Assembly (NCBI GenBank): GCA_964291495.2
Contig: OZ219872.1
Coordinates: 672,001-736,000, forward strand
DNA: 64,000 nt
DNA from: Dehalococcoidia bacterium
GTDB lineage: Bacteria > Chloroflexota > Dehalococcoidia > UBA2979
Direction: 5' to 3'
Part shown: in pieces, positions 8,764 to 18,677 of the stretch
Numbering within the stretch: position 1 is the first letter of the stretch
How the letters are laid out: every line of letters begins with the position of its first letter
Made by a program: the position numbers and the translations under genes
Notes under the pieces: generated by a model
Database searches by the model: none
What the model was told of the DNA's origin: nothing
The model's input: only the letters and a program-made list of their open reading frames with translations

Positions 8764-10106
8764 GACGGGCGATCGCCCTCCGCAGTCCGGTCTACTACGG
8801 GTGGGTGATCCTCATACTCGGGATTCTCTGCTCCGGCGTCGCGGCCGCCACGATGTTCTGGACCGTCACGATCTACATCCCCGCGCTCGCCGAGCAGTTC
8901 GCCGTGGACGGAGAAGCCCGGCGCTTCCCCGTGCTCGTCGCGTTCATGCTGGGCTCGCTGATCTCCGCGATCGCCGGGCCGCTGGCCGGCCGCTGGATGG
9001 ACACGCGCGGCGCGCGGGAGACGATCCTCGTCGGGTCCGGGATGGCCGCCGTGGCGCTGCTGGCGACCTCCCGGGCCGACGAGCTGTGGCAGGTCGGCCT
9101 GGGCTGGGCGGTCGTCAGCATCGGCCGTTCGATGGTTTTCCCGGTCGGCTACAGCTGGCTGGTGACACGCTGGTTCCTGCGGCGCCGCCAGATGGCGCTC
9201 GGCACGCTGACGGTCGGCTTCGGCATCGCCGGCGTCGGCGTACTCCCGCTCTCGATGATCGAGGAGCACTGGGACTGGTCGGCGGTGATGGTGACCAGCG
9301 CCCTGCTGCTGCTGCTCGTCAACGGGTTGATCGCGCTGCTGTTGATCCACGACCGTCCCGCGAGCATCGGCGTCCAGGTCGAGGGGATGACGGAGAGCGA
9401 GGCGCAGTCCAGCCCCTCGGAGACCGTCGGGTTCACGATCGGGGAAGCGCTGCGATCGCCCGCGTTCTGGCTGCTCTCCGGCGCGTTCATGACCTTCTTC
9501 ATCGCGCCCGCGACCTTCTCCACGATCCAGCTCGACTTCTTCGAGACGAGCGGCGTGCAGCAGGCGGCGCTGGTGGTCGCGATCGGCGCGGCGGTGCGCG
9601 GATCCTCGCGGCTGCCGTTCGGGCTGCTGCTGGGGCGGATCCGCCGCACCTTCCTGCTCGCGATCGTGGTCGCGCTGACGCAGGTCGCAGCGATCGCGAC
9701 GGTAGTGATCTCCACGTCCACACCAAACCTGACCGTGTTCGTGCTGCTGTGGGGGCTCGGCGGCGCCTTCGTCCCGATGCTGGAGCCGACCCTGGTCAAT
9801 CGCACGTTCGGCCCGCGCCACTTCGGGACGATCGTCGGGGCGATGATGATGCTGATCTTCCCGGGCACGGCGCTCGGCCCGATTGCCGCCGGCGCGCTGT
9901 TCGACTCGACCGGCTCGTACCAGCTCGCGCTGACGCTGATGGTGGTTGTGGTGGCGACCTCGATCGCCTTCTTCACGCTCGCCGCGCTCGTCGTCAACGG
10001 CGAGCGCCACCGCCGCGCCGCCGCCGCACGGGGGTTGAGCAACTGGCCGCCCGGCGCTGCGGACGCACGCTACGATGACGTTCGAGCCGCCGATCCGCGC
10101 GCCTGA
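8760..10106 (+). CDS. MFS transporter
   Basis: YYGWVI N-terminus, GRWMDTRGAR motif A, about 12 hydrophobic segments; start inferred at CTG 8760 overlapping the upstream TGA. Confidence 0.85.
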   Translation: MRRAIALRSPVYYGWVILILGILCSGVAAATMFWTVTIYIPALAEQFAVDGEARRFPVLVAFMLGSLISAIAGPLAGRWMDTRGARETILVGSGMAAVALLATSRADELWQVGLGWAVVSIGRSMVFPVGYSWLVTRWFLRRRQMALGTLTVGFGIAGVGVLPLSMIEEHWDWSAVMVTSALLLLLVNGLIALLLIHDRPASIGVQVEGMTESEAQSSPSETVGFTIGEALRSPAFWLLSGAFMTFFIAPATFSTIQLDFFETSGVQQAALVVAIGAAVRGSSRLPFGLLLGRIRRTFLLAIVVALTQVAAIATVVISTSTPNLTVFVLLWGLGGAFVPMLEPTLVNRTFGPRHFGTIVGAMMMLIFPGTALGPIAAGALFDSTGSYQLALTLMVVVVATSIAFFTLAALVVNGERHRRAAAARGLSNWPPGAADARYDDVRAADPRA

Positions 10107-10117
10107 ACGGAGCCCGA

Positions 10118-10870
10118 ATGAGCGCCAGCCTGGAAGACCTCTTCGGCGGCCAGCCGCCCGCCGAGCCCGACCCGGACGAGGGCGAGCTGCGCCGCGCCCT
10201 TGTCGTGGCGGCGCACCCGGACGACGCCGACTTCGGCGCCGGCGGGACCGCGGCGCTGCTCGCCGGGGCGGGCTGGGAGGTCCGCTACCTCGTCGTCACC
10301 GACGGCTCGAAGGGCTCCGACGATCCCGCGTTCACGCCCGAAACCCTCGTCGCCGCGCGCGAGCGCGAGCAGCGCGAGGCCGCCCGCATCCTCGGCGTCG
10401 GCTCGGTTGTCTTCCTCGGCTTCACGGACGGCGAGCTGACCTACTCGCGCGAGCTGCTGGGCGCGGTCACGCGCGAGATCCGCGCCTTCCAGCCGTTCGC
10501 CGTCTACACCCACGACCCGGAGCCGGTGATCATCAACAACTCCTTCGTGAACCACAGCGATCACCGCATCAGCGGCCTCGCCGCCGTCGACGCCGTCTAC
10601 CCGACCGCCCGCGACCGCCTCAACTTCCCCGAGCAGATCGAGGACGGCCTGCCGACGCACAAGGTGCGCGAGCTGTTCCTCTGGGGCGCGAACGATCCGA
10701 CGGTGGACGTCGACATCTCCGGCGTGGTCGAGACGAAACTCGCGGGGCTGCTCGCGCACGTCAGCCAGTTCGGCGGACGCGAGGACTTCGTCGACCTGGT
10801 GCGCGAGCGCTGGCGCGAGGAGGACGGCCGCTACCTCGAGCGCTTCCGCCGCGTCGGCCTCTTCCGGTGA
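10118..10870 (+). CDS. PIG-L/LmbE family deacetylase
   Basis: AHPDDADFG, R--EQ-EAARILG, HSDH. Confidence 0.9.
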   Translation: MSASLEDLFGGQPPAEPDPDEGELRRALVVAAHPDDADFGAGGTAALLAGAGWEVRYLVVTDGSKGSDDPAFTPETLVAAREREQREAARILGVGSVVFLGFTDGELTYSRELLGAVTREIRAFQPFAVYTHDPEPVIINNSFVNHSDHRISGLAAVDAVYPTARDRLNFPEQIEDGLPTHKVRELFLWGANDPTVDVDISGVVETKLAGLLAHVSQFGGREDFVDLVRERWREEDGRYLERFRRVGLFR

Positions 10871-10880
10871 CGGCCCGGTG

Positions 10881-11432
10881 GTGACGGAGGACCACGGCCA
10901 CGGCCACGAGACGGTCGAGGGGCCCGGCTACTGCCCGAACTGCGGGACCGCCCTCGAGGCAGCCTCGAGCACCGCGCCCGCTGCAGCGTCGGGCCGCCGT
11001 CCACCGGCCTGCCCTAACTGCGACTTCGTGCGCTGGGAGAACCCCAAGCTCGCCACGGGCGTGGTGATCGAGCAGGACGGCGCGATTCTGCTCGTGCGCC
11101 GCAACCACGACCCGATGTACGGCTTCTGGTCCTTCCCCTCCGGCTTCGTCGACCGCGGCGAGTCCGTGGAGGAGGCCGCACGGCGCGAAACCCTCGAGGA
11201 GGCGGGCGTCGAGGTCGAGATCGAGCGCCTGCTCGGCGTCTACAGCAGCTCGGGCGACCCGGTGGTCTTCATCGCCTGGTCAGGCCGGATCAGCGCCGGG
11301 ACGCCGCAGCCCGGCCCCGAGGCGCTGGAGGTCGGCTTCTTCCCGCCCGACGCGCTGCCCGACCTCGCCTTCCCCCACGACCCGGAGATCATCGAGGCGT
11401 GGCGGCGTGCGCGGGGGGAGCGCGAGCCGTAG
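10881..11432 (+). CDS. NUDIX hydrolase with N-terminal zinc ribbon
   Basis: YCPNCG...CPNC; Nudix box GFVDRGESVEEAARRETLEEAGV. Confidence 0.9.
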   Translation: MTEDHGHGHETVEGPGYCPNCGTALEAASSTAPAAASGRRPPACPNCDFVRWENPKLATGVVIEQDGAILLVRRNHDPMYGFWSFPSGFVDRGESVEEAARRETLEEAGVEVEIERLLGVYSSSGDPVVFIAWSGRISAGTPQPGPEALEVGFFPPDALPDLAFPHDPEIIEAWRRARGEREP

Positions 11433-11466
11433 GCTATCCGTACCCTATGGCGCGCAGGGAGTGACG

Positions 11467-11802
11467 ATGAAGATCGATCTCTACATCGCCCGTGGCGACG
11501 CGATCGCCGAGGAGGCGCTGACCGTGATCGCCGAGGGCGCCTCCAGCGCCGGGCTCGACGACGCCGCGATCGAGACGATCGAGGTCTCCTCGGACGACGA
11601 GGCGCGCGCGCTGCGTTGCCTCGGCTCGCCGACGATCCGCATCGAGGGCCTGGACATCGAGTACGGCGAGCGCGAGCCGCCGGAGACCACCTCCGGCGAG
11701 CGCTACTACAGCACGCCCGAGGGCTGGAACCGCCTGCCCACCGCCGGCATGGTCGCCTTCGCGATCCGCGAGGCGAGGGCGCGCCTTGGGGGCGGCTCAT
11801 GA
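11467..11802 (+). CDS. Small thioredoxin-like (DUF2703-like) protein lacking the N-terminal CxxC
   Basis: GSPTIRIEGLDI cis-Pro-like motif; ATG at 11467 after AGGGAG. Confidence 0.6.
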   Translation: MKIDLYIARGDAIAEEALTVIAEGASSAGLDDAAIETIEVSSDDEARALRCLGSPTIRIEGLDIEYGEREPPETTSGERYYSTPEGWNRLPTAGMVAFAIREARARLGGGS

Positions 11803-12425
11803 GCGACACTGGTCGCCCGGAAGAGCAAGGCAGCAGCGACGCCCCCAGCGGCGGGAAGAAGCGCCGGCTGCGCGGACGCGGCTCCGCGCTCGGCGCGGGC
11901 GGTCTCGCCGAGCAGCTCAAGCGCCGCGCCGAGGCCGCAGCGGCCGACGCCGCCCCGCATGTGCGGGCGCTGGCCGAGCAGGCGCAACGCCTCGCCACGG
12001 AGGGGGCCGCCAACGTGCGCGAGGAGGCGGAGCGACGCCGCCCGGCCGCCGAGCAGGCCGCGAAGGACGCCCTGGAAGCCGTGCGCGAGGCAGCCGAGCG
12101 CGCGAAGCCCGAGGCGGAACGCCTCGCGCGCGAGGCCGTGCAGAAGGGCGAGGTCCTCGGCAAGGCGCTCAAGCCGCAGGTCTCGCGCGTCGCGCAGGAC
12201 GCCGCGGAGTACGCGCGCGAGCACGAGGACGAGCTGCGCAGCGCGGCCGGCAGCGCCGCGCGCACCGCCGCGCGGACGGCGGCCCGCGGCGCGACCCCGG
12301 CCCCGCTGCGCCCGGCCGTCGACGCCTTCGAGCACGAGCTGCGGCGCAACGAAGGCGAAGCCGCCCGCGAGGACGCAGCCGAGGCGAGCGACGGCGCGGA
12401 CGACACCGAAGCTCCGCCCGCGTAG
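11799..12425 (+). CDS. Ala/Glu/Arg-rich helical hypothetical protein
   Basis: ATGA overlap with the upstream gene; repetitive amphipathic composition. Confidence 0.7.
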   Translation: MSDTGRPEEQGSSDAPSGGKKRRLRGRGSALGAGGLAEQLKRRAEAAAADAAPHVRALAEQAQRLATEGAANVREEAERRRPAAEQAAKDALEAVREAAERAKPEAERLAREAVQKGEVLGKALKPQVSRVAQDAAEYAREHEDELRSAAGSAARTAARTAARGATPAPLRPAVDAFEHELRRNEGEAAREDAAEASDGADDTEAPPA

Positions 12426-12489
12426 CGCCAACATCAGGGCGCCCCGGCCCAATCACCGTGACCGCCCTCGGGGGCGTGACGGCCGGCGC

Positions 12490-12519
12490 TTGACGCAAGG
12501 CCGGAGCAGGGGATACGTT
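12490..12519 (+). promoter_or_regulatory. Putative sigma70-type lexA promoter
   Basis: TTGACG (12490) - 18 bp - TACGTT (12514). Confidence 0.55.
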
Positions 12520-12524
12520 TGTTG

Positions 12525-12538
12525 CGAACATATGTACC
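12525..12538. promoter_or_regulatory. LexA operator (SOS/Cheo-type box)
   Basis: CGAAC-ATAT-GTACC, one mismatch to GAAC-N4-GTTC, just downstream of the lexA promoter. Confidence 0.8.
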
Positions 12539-12586
12539 CGGCGGGCGCATGGGGGGCGCCCGGCGGGCGGGAGCGAGGTGGCTGGG

Positions 12587-13258
12587 ATGGCGGAGATGCA
12601 AGAGGGACGGGAAGCGGCGCGCGACCGCAGTTCCGGACTGTCCGACAAGCAACAGCGCATCCTCGACTTCCTGCGCTCGTTCCTGCTCGAAAAGGATTAC
12701 CCACCCTCGATTCGCGACATCCAGCAGGGCTGCGAGATCTCCTCCACCTCGGTCGTGGACTACAACCTCAAGCGCCTCGAGGAGCGCGGCTACATCCGGC
12801 GCGACCGCGAGGTCTCGCGCGCGATCGAGCTGCTCGACGGCACCGGACGGCGGCGCGGCAGCATGACCGTCCCGCTCGTGGGCGCGATCGCCGCCGGCTC
12901 ACCAATCCCGATGCCGCCGGACACGCTGCCGCCGGGCTACGAAGAGGTCGCCGTCACCGAGGCGCAGACCCGAGGGCGGCCCAACGCCTTCGCGCTGAAG
13001 GTCCAGGGCACCTCGATGATCGACGCGCTGATCGACGACGGGGACATCGTGATCCTCGAGCCGACGCAGAGCTGCGACGACGGCGACATGGTCGCCGTCT
13101 GGCTGCGCGACGAGAACGAGACGACGCTCAAGAAGTTCTTCCACGAGGGCAGCCGCATCCGCCTGCAGCCGATGAACTCGGCGATGGACCCGATCTACAC
13201 CTCGCCCGACAACGTCGAGGTGCAGGGCCGCGTCCTCTCCTCGATCCGCCTCTCGTAG
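12587..13258 (+). CDS. lexA: SOS transcriptional repressor LexA
   Basis: YPPSIRDI HTH, IAAG cleavage site, VQGTSMI (Ser), TTLKK (Lys). Confidence 0.96.
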   Translation: MAEMQEGREAARDRSSGLSDKQQRILDFLRSFLLEKDYPPSIRDIQQGCEISSTSVVDYNLKRLEERGYIRRDREVSRAIELLDGTGRRRGSMTVPLVGAIAAGSPIPMPPDTLPPGYEEVAVTEAQTRGRPNAFALKVQGTSMIDALIDDGDIVILEPTQSCDDGDMVAVWLRDENETTLKKFFHEGSRIRLQPMNSAMDPIYTSPDNVEVQGRVLSSIRLS

Positions 13259-13289
13259 CGCCGGCGCCGCCGGCTCTCCGGCGCAACTC

Positions 13290-13960
13290 GCGCGTCGCCC
13301 GTGGGGGGCTGCGCCCCCCACACCCCCATCCCGGACGAGCACGCGCTGCGCGCGGCTCGGACCCGCCCACCCGCCCCGGATTCTCTTTCTTGTGGGGGCT
13401 TCGCCCCCACGCCCCCTCCGGCCCGCTCTCCCCGGGGAGCGGGCGGGGTGGGGGGATGAGCCCCGGGTGAGACAAGCTCCCAAGGGGCGGATCCGGTCCC
13501 CTCTCCCCGCGGGAGAGGGCGGAGGGTGAGGGAGGCGCACGCCGGACGCCCGACGAGCAATGGAGCCCCGAGGCCGCTCGCAAGTCTGCTGTGGGGGGCT
13601 CGAGCCCCCCACGCCCCCAGCTGCGGCGCTCGATTGCAACGCTCGAAGTCGGTCCGGTCCCCTCTCCCTGGGGAGAGGGCGGGGGTGAGGGGGAGAACTC
13701 CCGCGCCCCTTCGAAAGCCCCGACGGCGCAACGAAACTCCAGAGGGCGGATCCTCCCTCACCCTGACCCTCTCCCTCGGGGAGAGGGGACCGCAGGGGAT
13801 GCGCTCGCTGCCCGAGCGAGAGGGTTACGCAAAGGTCGCCCGCGCGGGACAAGGCGGAGGGTGAGGGAGGCGCACGCCGGACGTCCGAGGGGCAACGAGC
13901 TTCCGGAGCCTAGCGCGAGTCTGTTGTGGAGGCTTCGCTCCCACGCCCCCTCGGTCCGGC
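13290..13960. repeat. Cluster of BoxC/REP-like palindromic repeats between convergent lexA and holA
   Basis: Multiple CCCTCTCCC-n-GGGAGAGGG-n-GGGTGAGGG and GGGGGCT-n-GCCCCCACnCCCC hairpins. Confidence 0.85.
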
Positions 13961-14069
13961 GCTGCAACCGCCAACGGGAGCCAGTCGGGCTGTCCCCTGC
14001 GGGATCGGGCCAGCGAAGCCCGCACAAGACGGGCCGCGAGCTGCGCCCCGCCTCGCGCGGCGCGCCCGC

Positions 14070-15143
14070 CTAGCGCGCCCGCGCCCCCGGGCGCGCCCCG
14101 CCGCGCCGGGCGCGCGCGGCCCGCGGCAGGCTGGTAAGCAGCAGCTCGAGGGCGAGCACGTCCGCGTAGCGCCCGGTCTTGACCGCATGGTCCGCCGCCT
14201 CCACGGCGCGCAGCGCGCGCTCCGCGGCCGGCCGGCCGATCGCCTCCGCCTGCGTCACGAGGCGACCGAGCGGGTAGGGGTGCGTCACGCCGGTGGCGCG
14301 GCCGATCTCCTCGCGGCTCGCGCCCTGCTCGATCAGCTCGGCGGCGCGGATCAGGTTGCGCAGCTGGCGCGCGATCAGCGCCTGGAGGCGCCCGGGGTGC
14401 TCGGCGCCGCCCTCGATCAGCGCGCGCAGCCGCAGCAGCGCGCTCGGCGTGCGGCCCTCGACGGCGTCGTCGACGAGCGCGAAGACGTCCTCGTCGCGCG
14501 CGGCGGTGGTGAGCAAGTCGACGTCGGCGACCGAGACGGGACGCCCCCCGGCGTGGCGGGCGAGCTTGTCGAGCTCGTTGCTGAGCGCCCAGAGGTCCGC
14601 GCCGAGCAGCTCGCTCAGACGCTCCGCGGCGGCGTGCTCGAGCTCCGCGCCGATCCGCCGCGCGCGCTCGAGCAGCCAGGCGGCCACCTCGTTGCCGCCG
14701 CGGCCGTAGAGGCGCAGCGCCTCGAACTGCTGCACGTCGGCGCCCTCGAGGGCGCGCAGCGCGCGCAGCAGCGGCGAGCGGCCAAGCGTCGTGCGCGCCT
14801 CGCGCGTGGGGGCCGGCTCCAGCAGCACCAGGTGGTTCGTCTCCGGCAGCACCGGCAGCGCGTCCAGCAGCGGCTGCCAGTCGTCGGCGACGCCGCGGCC
14901 CGCGCCGAGCGAGACGATCAGGCCCTCGACGACGATCACGCGCGCGTTGGCGAGGAAGGGCACGGTCGAGGCCTGCCCGGCGAGCGCCTCGGGCGTGAGC
15001 CCGCGGACGGGCAGCTCCGCAGTGTTGAGATCGAGCATCCCATCCGTGTCGAGGCGGGCGCGCAGGGCGCGGTAGGCCTCGCGCAGGCGGAAGTCGTCCG
15101 AGTCGCGGTTGGCCTGCGTCGATCCGAGGTAGAGGTGCAGCAT
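14070..15143 (-). CDS. holA: DNA polymerase III delta subunit
   Basis: STVPFLANARVIVVE, LGADLWALSNELDKL, DVFALVD, ADHAVKTG. Confidence 0.9.
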   Translation of the reverse strand: MLHLYLGSTQANRDSDDFRLREAYRALRARLDTDGMLDLNTAELPVRGLTPEALAGQASTVPFLANARVIVVEGLIVSLGAGRGVADDWQPLLDALPVLPETNHLVLLEPAPTREARTTLGRSPLLRALRALEGADVQQFEALRLYGRGGNEVAAWLLERARRIGAELEHAAAERLSELLGADLWALSNELDKLARHAGGRPVSVADVDLLTTAARDEDVFALVDDAVEGRTPSALLRLRALIEGGAEHPGRLQALIARQLRNLIRAAELIEQGASREEIGRATGVTHPYPLGRLVTQAEAIGRPAAERALRAVEAADHAVKTGRYADVLALELLLTSLPRAARARRGGARPGARAR

Positions 15144-15155
15144 CGCGTCGCGTCC

Positions 15156-15419
15156 CTAATCGAGGTCCAGCCGCCAGCCGAGCCAGGCGGCGATCGTCGT
15201 CACCACGAGGATCACCGGGCCCGGCCAGAGCAGCTGCGCGAGGAACTCGCCGCCTCCACCGTCCTCGGCCGTCACCCCGCGATAGAGCGCCCAGAGCATG
15301 GCGACCGCGAGGCCGGGCAGCAGCAGCCACCAGTGGAACGAGGGCTGCCCGTCCTCGAGCAGCGGCGAGCGCAGCCGTCCCGGCTGCTCCTGCTGCTCGT
15401 CGTGCTGCTCGTCGGCCAT
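15156..15419 (-). CDS. Small two-helix membrane protein
   Basis: MADEQHDEQ... followed by two hydrophobic segments; directly upstream of holA. Confidence 0.7.
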   Translation of the reverse strand: MADEQHDEQQEQPGRLRSPLLEDGQPSFHWWLLLPGLAVAMLWALYRGVTAEDGGGGEFLAQLLWPGPVILVVTTIAAWLGWRLDLD

Positions 15420-15511
15420 CGTGCGAGGCGTCCTCGGCGGGGAGGCGTCGGCGTACGCGCGCCCGATGCTACGAGGGCGGCGGCCCGCTTGCCACTGCGG
15501 AGACCGGATCC

Positions 15512-16012
15512 GATCCGGCTCCCTCTCCTGGGAGAGAGGGTGGGGGTGAGGGGGCTCGCCAGGCCGTCGCCTGCCTCGGAAGGCCGTTCCGCCCTCGTGC
15601 ACTCCGCGCCTCCCTCACTCTCCGCCCTCTCCCGCCAGGGGAGAGGGGACCGGATGTGGCCTCGGAAGTCTGGTGCGCCGATCCGGCTCCCTCTCCTGGG
15701 GGAGAGGGTGGGGGTGAGGGGGCTCGCCAGGCCGTCGCCTGCCTCGGAAGGCCGTTGCGCCCTCGTGCACTCCGCGCCTCCCTCACCCTCCGCCCTCTCC
15801 CGCCAGGGGAGAGGGGACCGGATGTGGCCTCGGAAGTCTGGTGCGCCGATCCGGCCCCCTCCTGGGGGAGAGGGTGGGGTGAGGGAGCTCGCCAGGCCGT
15901 CACCTGCCTCGGAAGGCTGTTGCGCCCTCGTGAACTCCGCGCCTCCCTCACCCTGCGCCCTCTCCCACGGGGAGAGGGGACCGGATCTGCCCTCGGAGGT
16001 TGGGTGCGCCCT
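15512..16012. repeat. Three tandem 168-bp units built from inverted BoxC-like palindromes
   Basis: Units start GATCCGGC at 15512, 15680, 15848 and are near-identical. Confidence 0.9.
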
Positions 16013-16019
16013 CGATGGT

Positions 16020-16260
16020 CCCGAGTGGGGGTGTGGGGGCGTACCCCCACGGAAGGGGGTGCGGGGCGGAGCCCCGCAGCCATTGAGGACGGGTGGGCGG
16101 GCGAGAGCCGCGCGCAGCGCGTGCTCGTCCGGGATGGGGGAATGGGGCGCAGCCCCCACAGGCAAGACGTACGCCTTCCCTCGAACGCTCGTTGCCCCTC
16201 GGACATCCGGCGTGCGCCTCCCTCACCCCCGCCCTCTCCCTCGGGGAGAGGGGGCCGGAG
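16020..16260. repeat. REP-like elements, inverted copies of elements in the 13.3-13.9 kb cluster
   Basis: 16088-16160 is approximately the reverse complement of 13301-13375; 16185-16228 of 13859-13901. Confidence 0.8.
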
Positions 16261-16277
16261 CAGGAGTTGGCAGCTTG

Positions 16278-17045
16278 CTAGGGGAAGAGGTCGTCCCCGG
16301 CGGTGCGCACGATCTCGCGGGCCGAGCCCTCGCCGCGCTCGTAGGGGTAGCCGCGCACGATCACGACCGGGACGCCTTCGCTCTTCGGCATCGAGAGGCC
16401 GGCAGCGCCGGCGATCTCGTCGGCAGGACAGGGCGTGCTGACGCGCATGATGCGGCCATCGAGGTCCGGGAGTCCCTCCAGCGGTCGCAGCGGGCGCAGG
16501 CCCGCGAGGCCGATCGCGATGTTGGTCTGGCCCGTCCGCCAGGCGCGCCCGAACGTGTCGCTGACGATCACCGCCACCGCGACGCCGAGCCGCTCGCGCA
16601 CTGCGTCGCGGAAGGCGCGGGCCGAGGCATCCGGATCGACGGGCAGCAGCGAGATCAGGTCCGTGCCGCCGACGTTCGAGGCGTCGACGCCGCTGTTGGC
16701 GCAGACGAAGCCGTGGCGCGTCTCCGTGATCAGCACGCCCTTCATCTGGCGCACGATGCGCACCGACTCGCGCAGCACCGCCTCGGTCTGGCGCGGATCC
16801 TTGTCCCAGGCCTCGGACCACTCGAGCGCGAACGGTGACGGCTCGAACTCGTCGAGCGGCAGCACGCGCCCCTCCGCCTTGGAGACGATCCGCTGCGCGA
16901 CGACGATCGCGTCGCCATCGAGGAACGGCGTGCCCTGCGCGGCCGCGGCCTCGATCGCCAGCGCGGCGATGTCGTCGCCGTCCTCCACCAGCGGCATCCC
17001 GGCGACGCCGATCACGCGCACGTCGGGGTAGGCGGGGCCGCTCAC
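16278..17045 (-). CDS. cofE: Coenzyme F420-0:L-glutamate ligase
   Basis: IVSKAEG, ITETRHGFVCANSGVDASN, LLPVDPDASA, SDTFGRAWRTG. Confidence 0.93.
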   Translation of the reverse strand: MSGPAYPDVRVIGVAGMPLVEDGDDIAALAIEAAAAQGTPFLDGDAIVVAQRIVSKAEGRVLPLDEFEPSPFALEWSEAWDKDPRQTEAVLRESVRIVRQMKGVLITETRHGFVCANSGVDASNVGGTDLISLLPVDPDASARAFRDAVRERLGVAVAVIVSDTFGRAWRTGQTNIAIGLAGLRPLRPLEGLPDLDGRIMRVSTPCPADEIAGAAGLSMPKSEGVPVVIVRGYPYERGEGSAREIVRTAGDDLFP

Positions 17046-17710
17046 TCGGGCAGTCCGAAGATCTCCACGTGGGTCTCGGCGCGGTGACGGACGTTGATGC
17101 CGATCAGCAGGATCGTCAGCCCCTCGACGAAGCGCGAGTAGCGCAGCGGACCGGCGTCGACGGCGCGCACGCCCTCGATCTCTTCGGCGAGGGCGAAGAC
17201 CGTGCGCTTCGCCTCCTCGTCACCGCCGGTCACGAGCACGTCGCCATGCACCGTCCGGTCGGGGTCGAGCAGGATCTCGGCGGAGAGGTTGTGGAAGGCG
17301 CCGATCACGCGCGAGTCGGGCAGCAGCGCAGCGGCCTCCTCGGTCGCCGAGCCGGCCTCGACCTCGACCGGGCGCGGGCCGCGCTCGAAGCGCACCGGCA
17401 CGACGGCGTCGACGACGATCTTGCCGGCGAGCGCGTCCGCGAGGTCGGCGAGCGTCGCGGCGTGGCCCTCGTAGGGCACGGTGACGACGACGATCTCCGC
17501 CTGCGCGACGGCGTCCGCGTTCGCCTCGCCGCTGATCTCGCCGAGCCCCTCGCGGCCCTCAAGACTCGCGCGCAGCTCGGCGGCGATGCTCTCGCCGCGG
17601 GCGGCGTCACGGCTGCCGATCACGACGTCGCGGCCGGAGAGCGCGAAACGCACGGCGAGGCCGCGGCCCTCGGGCCCGGTGCCGCCGATCAGGGCGATGG
17701 TGCGAGACAT
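17042..17710 (-). CDS. npdG: NADPH-dependent F420 reductase
   Basis: IGGTGPEGRGLA, IGSR, AFHNLSA, DAGPL, LLIGIN; adjacent to cofE. Confidence 0.92.
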   Translation of the reverse strand: MSRTIALIGGTGPEGRGLAVRFALSGRDVVIGSRDAARGESIAAELRASLEGREGLGEISGEANADAVAQAEIVVVTVPYEGHAATLADLADALAGKIVVDAVVPVRFERGPRPVEVEAGSATEEAAALLPDSRVIGAFHNLSAEILLDPDRTVHGDVLVTGGDEEAKRTVFALAEEIEGVRAVDAGPLRYSRFVEGLTILLIGINVRHRAETHVEIFGLPE

Positions 17711-17885
17711 CGGCAGTCCTCGATTCCCTGGCGCCGGCCGCCGGCGGCGCCCGCCGGGCCGGCACGCGGAGCGCAGCGCGCCCGTGCCGCTCGTCGCTAC
17801 AATGAACCGCGCGAAGCCTACCGGCGGGCGGCGGCGGGCAGCAACCGGCCGCGCTCCCCCGCCGGCGCAGCGGGGAGCAACGGCG

Positions 17886-18676
<791 letters not shown>

Positions 18677-18677
<1 letters not shown>

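Noticed and set aside
15512-16012. Possible CRISPR array
   Set aside because: Whole 168-bp units repeat, with no unique spacers and no cas genes
13926-16838. 970-aa ORF and other ORFs spanning the repeat fields (e.g. 15272..16165)
   Set aside because: Antisense shadows of holA/cofE and translations of palindromic DNA; stop codons are rare in high-GC sequence
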